This document shows, piece after piece, positions 15,968 through 29,439 of a DNA stretch of 64,000 nt (positions within the stretch are counted from its first letter, which is position 1; each line of letters opens with the position of its first letter). The notes below the pieces were generated by a model, which saw only the letters and a list, made by a program, of their open reading frames with translations, had not been told where the DNA came from and did no database searches. The position numbers and the translations under genes were made by a program. Origin of the DNA: the human T2T-CHM13v2.0 reference genome, Homo sapiens; assembly GCA_009914755.4 (NCBI GenBank), contig CP068257.2, positions 20,000,001 to 20,064,000 of the forward strand, written 5' to 3'.

Positions 15968-18215
15968 TGACATGGTCTGGCTGTGCACTCACTCAAATCT
16001 AATCTTGAATTGTAACTCCCACAATTCTCATGTGTCATGGGAGGAACCCAGTAGGAGGTGGTTGAATTATGGGGCAGGTCTTTCCTGCACTGTTCTCATG
16101 ATAATGAATGAGTCTCACGAGATCCGATGGTTTTAAAAATGGGAATTTCCCTATACAAGCTCTCTTCTCTTGTCTGCCACCATGTCAGATGGACCTTTCA
16201 CCTTCTGTCATAATTGTGATGTCTCCCTAGCCATGTGGAACTGTAAGTCCAGTAAACCTCTTTATTTTTAAATTGCACAGTTTCAAGTGTGTCTTTATCA
16301 GTGGCATGAAAATGGACTAATACAGTAAATTGGTACCAGTAGGGTGGGGCACTGATGAAACGATACCTGAAATTGTGGAAGCCACTTTGGAACTGGGTAA
16401 CAAGCAGAGGTTGGAACAGTTTGGAGGGCTCAGAAGAAGACAGGAAAATGTTGGAAAGTTTGGAACCTCCTAGAGACTGGTTGAATGCCTTTGACCAATA
16501 TGCTAATAGAAATATGGGCAATAAAGTCTAGGCTGAGGTGGTCACAGATAAAAATGAGGAACTTTTTAGGAACTGGAGCAAAGGTGACTCTTGTTATGTT
16601 GTAGCAAATAGACTGGCAGCATTTTGCCTCTGCCCTAGAGATTTGTGGAACTTTGAACTTGAGAGAGATGATTTAGGGTTTCTGGTGGAATAAATTTCCA
16701 AGCAGTAAAGCACTCAAGAGGTGACTTGGGTGCTGTTGAAGCTATTCAGTTTTAAAAGGGAAGCACAGCATAAAAGTTTAGAAAATATGCAGCCAGACAA
16801 TGCGTTAGAAAAGAAAATCCCATTTCCTAAGGAGAAATTCAAGCCAGCTGCAGAAATTTGCCTAAGTAACTAGGAGCCAAATGTTAATCCCAAAGACAAC
16901 AGGGAAAATGTCTCCAAAGCATTTCAAAGCTCTTCACAAGCCCCTCCCATCACAGGCCTGGAGGTCTAGGAGGAAAAAGTGGTTATGTGGGTCGGGCCCA
17001 GGGTCCCAGTGCTATGCGCAGGACTTGGTGCCCTACATCCCAGCTACTCCAGCCATGGCTGAAAGGGGTACACCTAGAGCTTGGGCTATGGTTTCAGAGG
17101 ATTCAAGCCCCAAGCCTTGGCAGCTTCTATATGGTGTTGACCCTGCTGGTACACAGAAGTGACGAATTGGGGTTTGGGAACCTCCGCCTACATTTCAGAG
17201 GATGTATGGAAACGAGTGGATGCCCAGGCAGAAGTTTGCTTCAGGGGCAGGGCTCTCATATAGAACCTCTGCTAGGGCAGCATGGAAGGGAAATGTGGGT
17301 TTGGAGTCCCCACAGAGAGTCCCTACTGGGGCACTACCTAGTGGAGCTGTGAGAAGAGGGACATCATTCTACAGAACCCAGAATTGTAGATTCACTGACA
17401 GCTTGCACTGTGAGCCTGGAAAAGCCACAGACACTCAACACAAGCCCATGGAAACAGCCAGGAGCGAGGCTGCCTAAGACCACAGGAAGCAATCTTTTGC
17501 ATCAGCATGACCGAGATGTAAGACATTGAGTCAAAATATCATTTTGGAGCTTCAAGATTTGACTGCTCTGCTGGATTTCAGACTTACATGGGGTTGTAGC
17601 CCCTTTGTTTTGGCCAATTTCTCCCATTTGGAATGGCTGTATTTACCCAGTGCCTGTACCCACATTGTATCTAGGATGTAACTAACTTGCTTTTGATTTT
17701 ACATGCTTATAGGCAGAAGGGACTTGACTTGTCTCAGAAGAGACCTTGTACTGTAGACTTTTGAGTTAATGCTGAAATGAGTTAAGACTATGGAGGACTA
17801 TTGGGAAGGCATGATTGGTTTTTGAAATATGAGGACATGAGATTTAGAAGAGGCCAGTGGTGGAATAATATGGTTTGGCTGTGCCCCCAAGCAAATCTCA
17901 TCTTGAATTGTACTTCCCACATGTCATGGGAGGAACCTGGTGAGAGGTGATTGAATTATGGGGGCGGGTCTTTCCTGCACTGTTCTCTTGATAGTGAATG
18001 AGTCTCGCCAGATCTGATGGCTTTAAAAATCAGAGTTTCCCTACACAAGTTCTCTTCTCTTGTCTACCACCATGTGAGATGTGCCTTTCAACTTCCGCCA
18101 TGTTTGTGAGGTTTCCTCAGCCACATAGAACTGTAAGTCTGATAAACTTCTTTCTTTTGTAAATTGTCCAGTCTCGGGCATGTCTGTAACAGCAATATGA
18201 AAATGAACTAATACA
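15968..18215 (+). mobile_element. Second full-length THE1-class ERVL-MaLR retrotransposon: 5' LTR 15968-16334, internal 16335-17865, 3' LTR 17866-18215. Probable 5-bp TSD GTCAT/CTCAT
   Basis: 5' LTR tgacatggtctggctgtgcactcactcaaatctaatcttgaattgtaactcccacaattctcatgtgtcatgggagg ... aatggactaataca, then internal gtaaattggtaccagtagggtggggcactgatg. 3' LTR taatatggtttggctgtgcccccaagcaaatctcatcttgaattgtacttcccacatgtcatgggagg ... aaatgaactaataca. Flanks are gtcat before and ctcat after. The subfamily differs from the copy at 9679, so these are independent insertions. Confidence 0.9.
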
Positions 18216-18657
18216 CTCATCTTTATAGATGTAGGTATTGAAATAACTTGTCCACATAAACAAATAGATGAGGATAAGTGTGCTATTCTAGCAATGACAT
18301 TGAATTCTTTCAACTCTTTTCAGGTGTTTGTAAATGTCTCATTCTAATTCTTCAGCAAATATTATTTTTAAGTGGCCTATCAACAAACAATCCAAGTAGG
18401 TAAATTCTTTAGTTTTGTTGAAAACTGATAGTTGGAATCATTTGATTTTCAAATGTATTTATTTTTTATCCTGTCATTAAAATTCTTTATTTTTTCAAAA
18501 TCATTATAAAAACATTTTGATTGGTCTCAGTAGTGATGCCTAGGATCTTTGTAATTTTCTGGGGCAATCACCCTGCTAGTTTAGTGCTGGGCAACAGATA
18601 TTTTACTTTGAAAAATTGGGAGAGGTTTATTATAACATGGCAGAAAATTAGAACTTG

Positions 18658-18990
<333 letters not shown>

Positions 18991-21064
18991 TTAGGAAATA
19001 TTTAACATAAAAGATGAAATTATTTAAATTAGAAATTAATTCCCTTAAATTATCTGTGCTCACACCCTTGAATGCCTCCAGGTACTTCACTGAGCACCCA
19101 AAATCGAAGTAGTAGACTAATGATCTAACCACCAACAATACATTGGCTGGGCAAACAACTTCACAAAGCTTTTGTTGGCTGAGCATTTCAGATTTCTATT
19201 TCTAGGGTCTTTCCTAAATAAAAATTCTAGGGACTGACTAAGGAAACTAAAGAATAAAAAGTCTTTAAAAACAGGTGATATATAATATTTTGTAAATCTA
19301 TTCTAAAATTCATTAGGGTTGTTCTTTACCAAGGCTGGATATTCTCTTGGGACATAGTCTCTTTTGTGTACAGAACAGTTTCTTATTTTAATTTCCTCCA
19401 TAATTTAAATCTTGATGAATTTATTTCATTAGCACATTAAATCTGCATAGCACTTACATTGCCCATCTCTCTTAACACAAACTAAAGTAAAAAATATCCT
19501 CTGTTGTTTGAGATTTCATTTGGGTAGATTGGGTTCTGACTGATTGCCTGCTCTTCATTACCTCATCACAAGTTGCATTGATTAAGATTAAAGCAGCTAC
19601 GCTTACATCTTTTCAACATCTTATTTAAAACTTATTTCAAACTTTTGTTCATTTTAGAAATTGTGTATTATATATACTGGGAAATCGTTTCCAAAAATTA
19701 TTTCCACCTACAATGTATTCACAAGCTCTTAATTTTCACCTTGCCTAGTCTAATGCCTTTCAATCTAAAGCAATTTGTAAATAACTTGATCTTTACCTTC
19801 AAATGATAGTTGCAGGAGCTGATAAAAGCAAAGATCAATGGGCCATCTCCTAAAGAAAGGGGTAGTTTTCCTGTCCCAAGATCTTCCCTGCCCCCAGAGC
19901 CAGATTAGATCTCTATTCAAATGGGTGGCCATCAAAAGTGATAAGTAGTAAACAAAATACCACAGGTCCAAGACCTCTCATACAAATAAAACTCATAGTC
20001 CCTTGTTGATTTGAGGAACCAGGTTATGATGTTTTGCATACACATTGTGTTTTAAATATCTCAAGTGTATAGATCTAAGGAGGTTTGTATTATTATTATT
20101 GTAATTGAAAAAGAAAAACTTAAAGCAACCATATTATACTTATCTTAAATTCATGGCATATGTGTCATAAAATTCAAATAATCTTATCACATTATAAAGA
20201 AAACACCCATATTGGTGATAATTTGAACAACTGAATTTTCCATTTTTCTGTGAATTGTTGAATAATTAGTAATAAGCAGGTTTTACCCACAACTTAGTAT
20301 GTACTGAGCACTGGGTAAGATTCTTACCTACATTATAACATTAATAAGTGTAAGTCCATGAGGCATGCATTTTAAACAGATAAATCTGGGATTGACAACA
20401 CTGACCCACATGGCTCTAAGATCTGTTCAAAACACCTACCTCTCTGAAAATAATAAATCATTTATTCTCTTTAGACTGATTAATATTCTTAAGAAAGATA
20501 ACTAGAAAGAGGGACAAGTAAAATGGCAGAAGTAATTAAAATGAACATGACCATGTTTTTGTTGCCATAGTTTTTGATGGAAATAATAGTTTTTTCCTCA
20601 GTTGCCAACTTGGTTTCCAAGTTTCAGAGGTCATAAGACGTCTGGGGAACACATTTTTTCATTACAAATTCAATGTGATGTGATTCAATATGATGTTACA
20701 TTTGTGAAAGTTTAAATCAGCCCTTAAGAGAAGAAAAACAAAAATGAATTATCTTCAAAAAGTCATAACAGAGAGTGAATGATTGTATTTATTATTTGAA
20801 AACACCACTCACCTACCACCAAATATTTACTGATTTGAAGCAGGGCTTTTTGATATTTTTCTTGAAGATTCATCCTTTTGGTTGGGTAAGGGATTGGGGA
20901 AGTTTCTCTTATATTCAAGAAGGCATAATCTTACCTGGGTGGGTTGAAGTTGATGGTTCAGTAGAATTATGATAGCTTCAACATTGGATTTCTATATGCA
21001 TATGAGAGGAGCTCTAATCATAGGAAAGAGGTTCTTTTTACAAGATTTAACATAATGCCTTAGC

Positions 21065-21432
21065 TTGTTTTCCTTTACTATAACAGAATACCACAGACTG
21101 GGTAATTTATAAAGAAAGGAAATTTATTTTTTACAGTTCTGGGGGAGACTGAGAAGTCCAGGAACATGGGACCAGCATCTGGTGAGAGAAAGGTGCAAGT
21201 TATCACATGAAAAGAGGGCAAAGGCATGAGTGTGAAAGTGGCAAAATATGAAGAATGTCGTTGCTTTATAATAACCTACTCTCGCAGTAACTAATTCAGT
21301 ACTGTGACAGCAGCATTAATCCCTCTTAATTACCTAATCATCTCTTAAAGATACTGCCTCCCAAATCACCACATGAGGAACCAAATTTCCAACACATAAA
21401 TTCTGGGGGACACACACAAATCACAGCATATA
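21065..21432 (-). mobile_element. MLT1/MST-like ERVL-MaLR LTR (antisense)
   Basis: tttactataacagaataccacagactgggtaatttataaagaaaggaaatttattttttacagttctgggggagactgagaagtccaggaacatgggaccagcatctggtgagag ... ttccaacacataaattctgggggacacacacaaatcacagcata. Pattern follows the MaLR LTR in reverse orientation. Confidence 0.5.
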
Positions 21433-21847
21433 GTTACTGTGTTTGTCATGAAAAGACTAACAGATACAGACACTGCAGAAATTCATTAACTCTGAATATA
21501 CAACCAGAAAAGCATATGACAGAAGCCATTCCTCATCAAAAGCACCTATCCTCATTTAGTTCTTCAATTAGGACAGTCAGTCAGACAATCAGTATTTGAT
21601 GAGTATCATGTATGGCAAAATATAAGCAAAGCCTCTCTCCTCTTAAATATATAAATTAAAGAAGAGACTTTATGAAAACCATCTTTTTACACACAGCTAT
21701 TATATTGTTCTTCAAAATCATTAAAATGAAACTCTCTGTGTAATAATATTGTATATAAATAATGAGATAAGAGTTTCTAGTAAAAGATACCTAGCCTTTC
21801 CTTCCCAAAGCACCTTGCTCTGTTTGTTATCTCATTCCAGAGATGAG

Positions 21848-21887
21848 AATAAAATGTTAACAGCTGATAATAAAATGTTAACAGCTG
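21848..21887. repeat. ~20-bp tandem duplication (aataaaatgttaacagctg x2)
   Basis: gagaataaaatgttaacagctgataataaaatgttaacagctgc. Confidence 0.85.
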
Positions 21888-23251
21888 CTTCATTGTGAGT
21901 TTCTTATGTCAAAGATCAGGTTATATGCAAATTTATTTCAGGGACACAAACACGGTAGAGACTGCCAAGGTCTAGGATAACATTGTATTTATGTGTTAAT
22001 TCAAGACCACATACACAGCAGGACTCTGTAATTGATTTCTGAATAAATCATTATCCCATTAGTTTTATTGGTAACTGAAAATTGTCATTTATCAAATGAA
22101 GATTTAGTAGAAAAGAAAAATAAATTATACTGAAAAGTTACCCCATTGTCCAAGATATATTTAAGCTATATTTTAACTCCACCTTTAACAGGTGGGTTCA
22201 AAGATGCTTAAGTAGTTTTATAAAAAGCTAGTATTGATGCATCCGGTAGTCACATTCATGTTTAACTTCAGAACTTATTCTCCTCCATGGTACTATAACT
22301 TAATGTCTTTTTAATGCATGTCTGATAGAGAAATATATGAAATTAGTAATATTATTATGCAAATATTCTCCCTAAATACTGATTTAAAAAACATATAACC
22401 ACTGAAATTTGCTTCTAAATGATTCCTGTGCTCAGTGGTTTTACTATGCAGGCATCATACAAAATCTAAATTCATCCATCTCACCTTCCAAGTTTTTGTT
22501 AAAGAACCACGAATATGTCAAGATATTATTGAAAAGGAAAGAAGTTATTTTAATTCAGAATGCTACATTAATGCAGCGTGCCATTATGCCCCCTACAAGC
22601 CTTTTTTGTACATCATATATCTTTTCTGAACTTTGAATATCCTTTGAAGTTAAAAGGTGTTTCATGGACAGATGAGATGGATGGCTCTGTGGAAAAGTTA
22701 AAAATTGGGGTGATTATTAATTTTGTCTCAAATTCTCACACGATATTTCTAGGAGAAATCTGATCCAATAACATAGTTCTCATAAAGTGGAAGTTCAATC
22801 AGAGCAAGAAATTGATCATGTACATGTTCAATCACTAAACTTAAATCTTGACAGAAAAATAATTTAGATTTCACATTTTAAAAATGGTATGGCATACCAA
22901 GTATAATTCTAAGCTTATTCCAGCAGCCTTGAATGCAATAATTTAATAGCAGATTTACCTAGTAATTGGAACTAAAAATAGTTAACATGCTGTGTTTTCA
23001 TTTTACTTACACAGGGCAAATTATTTACATCACTTGTCTTCAATTATGTAGGCTGACTTCTTAGGGCAGAGTGGCTTTTCAGAAGCTGCCTCTGGGAATA
23101 AAATAAACCAAAAGATATTTTTTTTTTGGAAACTCTCTGTTGTAGAACCATACGGCCCATTTCAAAATATAAACTATCACAGTAACAAATATTTGGTGTT
23201 ATTAAGAAAAACAATAATTTTTGTGATATCAACACCCTTAAGAACTATAAA

Positions 23252-24101
23252 CTATTGTGAGTAGTGCCGCAATAAACATATGTGTGCATGTGTCTTTATA
23301 GCAGCATGATTTATATTCCTTTGGGTATACACCCAGTAATGGGATGGCTGGGTCAAATGGTATTTCTAGTTCTAGATCCCTGAAGAATCACCACACTGTC
23401 TTCCACAATGGTTGAACTAGTTTACAGTCCCACCAACAGTGTAAAAGTGTTCCTATTTCTCCACATCCTCTCCAGCACCTGTTGTTTCCTGACTTTTTGA
23501 TGATCGCCATTCTAACTTGTGTGAGATGATGTCTCATTGTGTTTTTGATTTGCATTTCTCTGATGGCCAATGATGATGAGCATTTTTTCTTGTGTCTGTT
23601 GGCTGCATAAATGTCTTCTTTTGAGAAGTGTCTGTTCATATCCTTCGCTCACTTTTTGACGGTGCTTACAATAGCAAAGACTTGGAGCCAACCCAAATGT
23701 CCATCAATGATAGACTGGATTAAGAAAATGTGGCACATATACACCGTGGAATACTATGCAGCCATAAAAATGATGAGTTCATGTCCTTGTAGGGACATGG
23801 ATGAAGCTGGAAACCACCATTCTCAGCAAACTATCACAAGGACGAAAAACCAAACACTGCATGTTCTCACTCATAGGTGGGAATTGAACAATGAGAACAC
23901 TTGGACACAGGAAGGGGAACATCACACGCCAGGGCATGTTGTGGGGTGGGGGAGGGGGGAGGGATAGCATTAGCATTAGGAGATATACCTAATGTAAATG
24001 ACGAGTTAATGGGTGCAACACACCAACATGACACATGTATACATATGTAACAAACCTGCATGTTGTGCACATATACCCTAGAACTTAAAGTTTAATATAA
24101 A
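23252..24101 (+). mobile_element. Young L1PA-type LINE-1 insertion with twin-priming 5' inversion. The inverted ORF2 segment is 23252-23663 and the direct 3' segment (ORF2 end plus 3' UTR) is 23664-24101. TSD is AAGAACTAT(A/T)AA
   Basis: 23252-23663 is the reverse complement of L1 ORF2 (ctattgtgagtagtgccgcaataaacat ... gggtatacacccagtaatgggatggctgggtcaaatggtatttctagttctagatcc ... gcattttttcttgtgtctgttggctgcataaatgtcttcttttgagaagtgtctgttcatatcc). 23668 onward is sense L1 (acaatagcaaagacttggagccaacccaaatgtccatcaatgatagactggattaagaaaatgtggcacatatacacc ... gggagggatagcattagcattaggagatatacctaatgtaaatgacgagttaatgggtgc ... ctagaacttaaagtttaatataaa). Both segments abut the same L1 coordinate (acaatag), as expected for twin priming. 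Flank aagaactataaa precedes the element and agaactattaa follows it. Near-consensus identity indicates a young insertion (L1PA, not L1HS by the 3' UTR). Confidence 0.85.
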
Positions 24102-24746
24102 GAACTATTAACTGTGTCTTTTATATTCCATTGTCATCTGGAACTTGTAGGAATCTGAAGATTAAACATATTTTACATAGCTGTAAAGCAGACAGAATCC
24201 TTCAGGGCTGTTGTTGAACTCTTGAAATCAGAAGCTGAATTTTGAGTGGTGTGAAGAAATTAAACATAACCTGAAACAGGAGAAAACAATGGTATAAAGA
24301 TAAACTGTCCTTTCTGTTGCACCAATTTTTCTATGGGTCTTTCAAAAATAAGGAAAGTTATAGAGAAGAACATAGTTGCTACAAAATTACAGATCATACG
24401 AGCCAGAAAGAAATTCTGTGACTTTTCACTTGCATAAACCAATTTAATTTTATTTTTCCAGAATGTTAAAATTCGAAGTACTTAAATCTTTACATAAATT
24501 AGATCAACAATAATGTGATTATTTCATTGAAAAAATATAAATACAAATGAATTATTGAGCATTTATTAATTCTCTGAGAAAGTTAGGAGTCTTTTTGGTG
24601 ATAACATTTAAGTATGGGGTTTTCTTTGGTTTTTACATATTGATACAATTACTATTTTTGTCCAGTTGATGAAGTAGCTGATGTAAGCACAGTTGGATTG
24701 AAAAAAGAGATGGGATTGAGCAAAGATGCTGGAACACTCAGATAAG

Positions 24747-24765
24747 TTTTTTTTTTTTTTTTTTT
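24747..24765. repeat. (T)19 homopolymer
   Basis: gataagttttttttttttttttttttggtc. Confidence 0.9.
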
Positions 24766-25003
24766 GGTCAAGATAATAATAAAAATAAAATTAGATTATA
24801 TATAATTTGTGAAATTATAATCTTTTTTAGACAGTTAAAAATGGGCACAAAACTTCTGCCCTCCACACTGCATACTTGCTTTCAGTTTCCAATGATGCTG
24901 AAATTTAAATCTCACTAATACTTTTTCTTACCAATTTTTACAATAATAAAATGTTTTATACAAAGAATCTTAATAAATTCTTAAATAATTCCATCAATTT
25001 TCT

Positions 25004-25461
25004 AAGAAATTTATGTATTAGGGTTCTCTAGAGGGACAGAACTAATAGGTTGATGTATATATAAAGTGGAGTTTATTAAGGAGTATTTACTCACACAATC
25101 ACAAGGTGAGCTCCCACAATAGGCTGTCTGCAATCTTCAGAGCAAAGAAGCCAGTCCGAGTCACGAAGTTGAAGAACCTGGAGTCTGATGATCGAGGGCA
25201 GGAAGCACGCAGCATGGAAGAAAGATACAGGCCAGAAGACTAAACCAGTCTACTATTGCCACATTCTTCTGCCTGCTTTTATTCTGGCCATGCTGGCAAC
25301 TGATTAGATGATGCCCACCCAGATTGAGAGTGGGTCTGCCTTTCCCAGTCCACTGACTCAGATGTTAATCTCCTTTGGCAACACCCTCACAGACACACCC
25401 AGAAACAATACTTTGCACCCTTCAATCCCATCAAGTTGACACCAAATATTAACCATCACAA
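25004..25461 (+). mobile_element. ERVL/MaLR-class LTR (tgtattagggttctctagagggacagaactaatag ... ttaaccatcacaag type)
   Basis: Start tgtattagggttctctagagggacagaactaataggttgatgtatatataaagtggagtttattaaggag. End ...caccctcacagacacacccagaaacaatactttgcacccttcaatcccatcaagttgacaccaaatattaaccatcacaag. I recognise this as a common mammalian LTR family; the subfamily name is uncertain. Confidence 0.6.
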
Positions 25462-25992
25462 GTTAGGATAAATTTGATGTCACATTCCTGTGTATGTATT
25501 TCTAGAGGGGGAGTACTAGTCTGACTATAGCTTACTGGATGACAACCAAAAAAAAAATTAGTATAATAAAGTGGAGATTGGAGTAATAGCCATTGACTCC
25601 AAGGTTGAAGTATTTTGACAGTGAATATGTAGAGTAGACAAGAATCAATAATGAAAGTGGTGTGATAGGAATATTAGCATCAGGAATTAGAAGAATATGA
25701 AAGGCAAATAATAAATGTCCGACTGCCAAGCTCAGTTTAGCTTATTGATTAATTTGGGGGTATGTCAGTCTACATCCTTGTTTTGCTGGATTAAGTAATT
25801 TGTACATAACCACACTATGTAAGTATTGGATAGAATACATGGGCACCTTGTACGTACTATTCCAATAACCTACATAGGTTTTTACTGACGGGAAATTTAG
25901 AGAAGCACAATTTATGAATGTTGATAGATGTGGTGTCCACCCTGGGATTAATGATAACCGGAACTGGGATTTAAGAGTTATAAACTATACAC

Positions 25993-26423
25993 ACTCATCC
26001 CTTAAACAACACAAGTTTGAACTTCACAGATCCACTTTTATGCAAATTTTATTTCACTTCCACCAACCAAATACAGCAAGATCATCCCATACTCTTCTGT
26101 CTTCTCTTCAGCCTACTCAATGTGAAGATGATGAGGATGAAGAACTTTATGAAAACCTACTTCCACTTAATGAAATATATTTTCCTTTCTTATCATTTTC
26201 TTAATATTTTCTTTCCTCTAGCCTCCTTTATTGTAAGAACATGGTATATAATATATTTCACATACAAAACACGGGTTAATCAACTGCACATCTTATTAGT
26301 AGAGCTTCTTGACAATAGTGAGCTATTCGTAGTTTAGTTTTGGGGGATTCAAAGTTATACATAAGTATTTGACTGTGGGGGAATCAGCACTCCTAACCCC
26401 CGTGTTGTTCTAGGGTCAACTAT
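25993..26423 (+). mobile_element. Second copy of the Tigger1-derived non-autonomous DNA transposon (same family as 2011-2516)
   Basis: 5' cactcatcccttaaacaacacaagtttgaacttcacagatccactttta and 3' ...gggggattcaaagttatacataagtatttgactgtgggggaatcagcactcctaacccccgtgttgttctagggtcaactata match the Tigger1 termini. The internal blocks (cctactcaatgtgaagatgatgaggatgaagaactttat; ttattgtaagaacatggtatataatatatttcacatacaaaacacgggttaat) are collinear with those of the 2011-2516 copy. Confidence 0.6.
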
Positions 26424-26564
26424 ACTCATATAGTCAATCAACTGAGAAAGGAGAGAAAAATTTTTAAAAAATTGACAAAATGTAACTAATTGCTGAAGTG
26501 GGGTCATGAGCAAATGGAATTTTATCTACTATGAATTAGGCTAATCTTCCCATTTTTGTGTATG

Positions 26565-27422
<858 letters not shown>

Positions 27423-29439
27423 TGTTTCAACAGTGCCAGAATATAGGCTAACTTACAAAAGATTATATGAAGAATGTTTTTTGTAGAACAAATAAAGACT
27501 AAAAACTTTATTCATTTTTTTTAATTGCAATAATATGGCTCAGTTTCAAATAAGCAAGGAAAAAGATAAAACAAAAAAACTAATGTGTGGAGATATTAAA
27601 TTTTATTTTACATTTTATACTACTCTGAGTAGTATAGAATAGTATATTATGGGGAGATTTTATGGAAAAAAGATAATTAAATGGGCCTTAAAGAATATAG
27701 CTTATTAAAAAAATTATGAGCAAGATGAGCAAATAAAATATAAAAATCAAAGTTTTCAAGTTTAGGATATGCTTGCAATTTGATCAAAGTGTCAAATACC
27801 TAATAAAATACTGAGAGAGGAAAAAAACTTGGCATCTGTAACCCAAATTCTACATTCACACTTTTCCATCATTTCCTATATATCTGACCTCTTCTCTGAT
27901 TTTGGCCTCTCATTTTGCTTCTCATTCAAATTTTAGCCTTTCAGGATAGCATGGGACTCGATTGTCCAGGTCACTGCTTTGTTATTTCCAAACTTGTCAA
28001 CAAGGCCTTTTTAGGATTTCAAGAATGTTATGAAGCCAGCTTATTGTTGGCTCTGCCTTTTGTGAATTCCCACATGTATGAAAAGACAGGCTCTTTCCCA
28101 GCCATTTTGATATCAGATACTTAAATCAGGGGATTTATGGATCATTTGTGAATTTTTAAAAAGTGGTTTGCAAATATCACTTTCTTAGTAGTAAAACCAG
28201 CTAGAAATAGAAGACGACAATCAATTTTAAATGATTCTCTTATATCAATAATTAAAGCTTATCCTGAAAATGGTAAGTATCCTCACATAGTAAGATGATC
28301 CCAAGTAATAAAAGCTATCGACTTTAAAATGTAAGCAAGAGAAGCATGATGTAAGACAGATTAATCATGAAGGCTGTTAACAAAAAGGAGCAAGTAGGCT
28401 TACTCTTCAACAGGACTCTGATTAGGCCACACTGTAAAAGAGGCAGCAGAACTATTAACCAGCCACCTTTCAGCATAGCTCCTTTCATTTTGCTTGAACA
28501 TTACAACTCTTTAAAAAGGTCAACAAGCTAAATAATGGAGATTGTAGAAGAGGCTATGACAAAATATATTTAGATAGGATTTGTCTGTGCAGACAAGATG
28601 AAAGAAGCATTTGCAATCAGTGATTTCCAAGTTTGAGAAGTCATTTGAGGCTCTGGGCAAGTCCTGTCTTATTTTACTTTGATTTAATACTTGCTCAGGG
28701 TCTTCTCTCTGGAGACTGTGGTGCGCTTTCTCTCAAGTGGCATGGGAGGACGGGAGAAGCTGTACATGTTGGGGAACCTTTCCAGGTGTTTGGGATCAGC
28801 TCCCAGTTTTCAGTGAGAATCACTCCAGAGTATCAAATTATGGAATTCTTGGGTCCAAATAAAATCACCGTCCAGTGTTTCACTTCCTTCTAAATCTTAA
28901 AAGGGTTAAGTCAGGGTATTACACTGAAAACATTGATTTATAGTTTCTTCTGAAGTTGAGAATGATATTATAGCAAAGGAATAAGTAAAATATAGCTATA
29001 AAATCACCATATGGAATACAGATTGTAAACACATGGGATATTTTTAAACAAATCAATGGAATTAAGAGAGGGCAGAAGAATGTCAACTGACTGCCAGAAA
29101 AAATGAAGCCATAGTCTGAATATTTGGGGAATGGAAAATTCTGTTTGGGACAGGGCAATAATTCTACTGGTGAAATCCCAGGGAAATTATTGTTGAAGTG
29201 AAAGCAGGTACCAGGTATGGCAATAGTGAGAAGTGAGTCCCAAACCATAGGAATCAATGGGAAAATTTTAAATGGGGAATTGATCTCCTTTATTTCTCAC
29301 CTCAACCTTCCAGAAGATAAGAAGCTCCATCAGTAAAATAGCTAGGTATCTATCCATTCATCGAATCTGCCACCAAAACAGCACTGACAAACACATCTCT
29401 GATTTAATTTTTAAAAATAAGTTGGCAAAAAAACATAAG

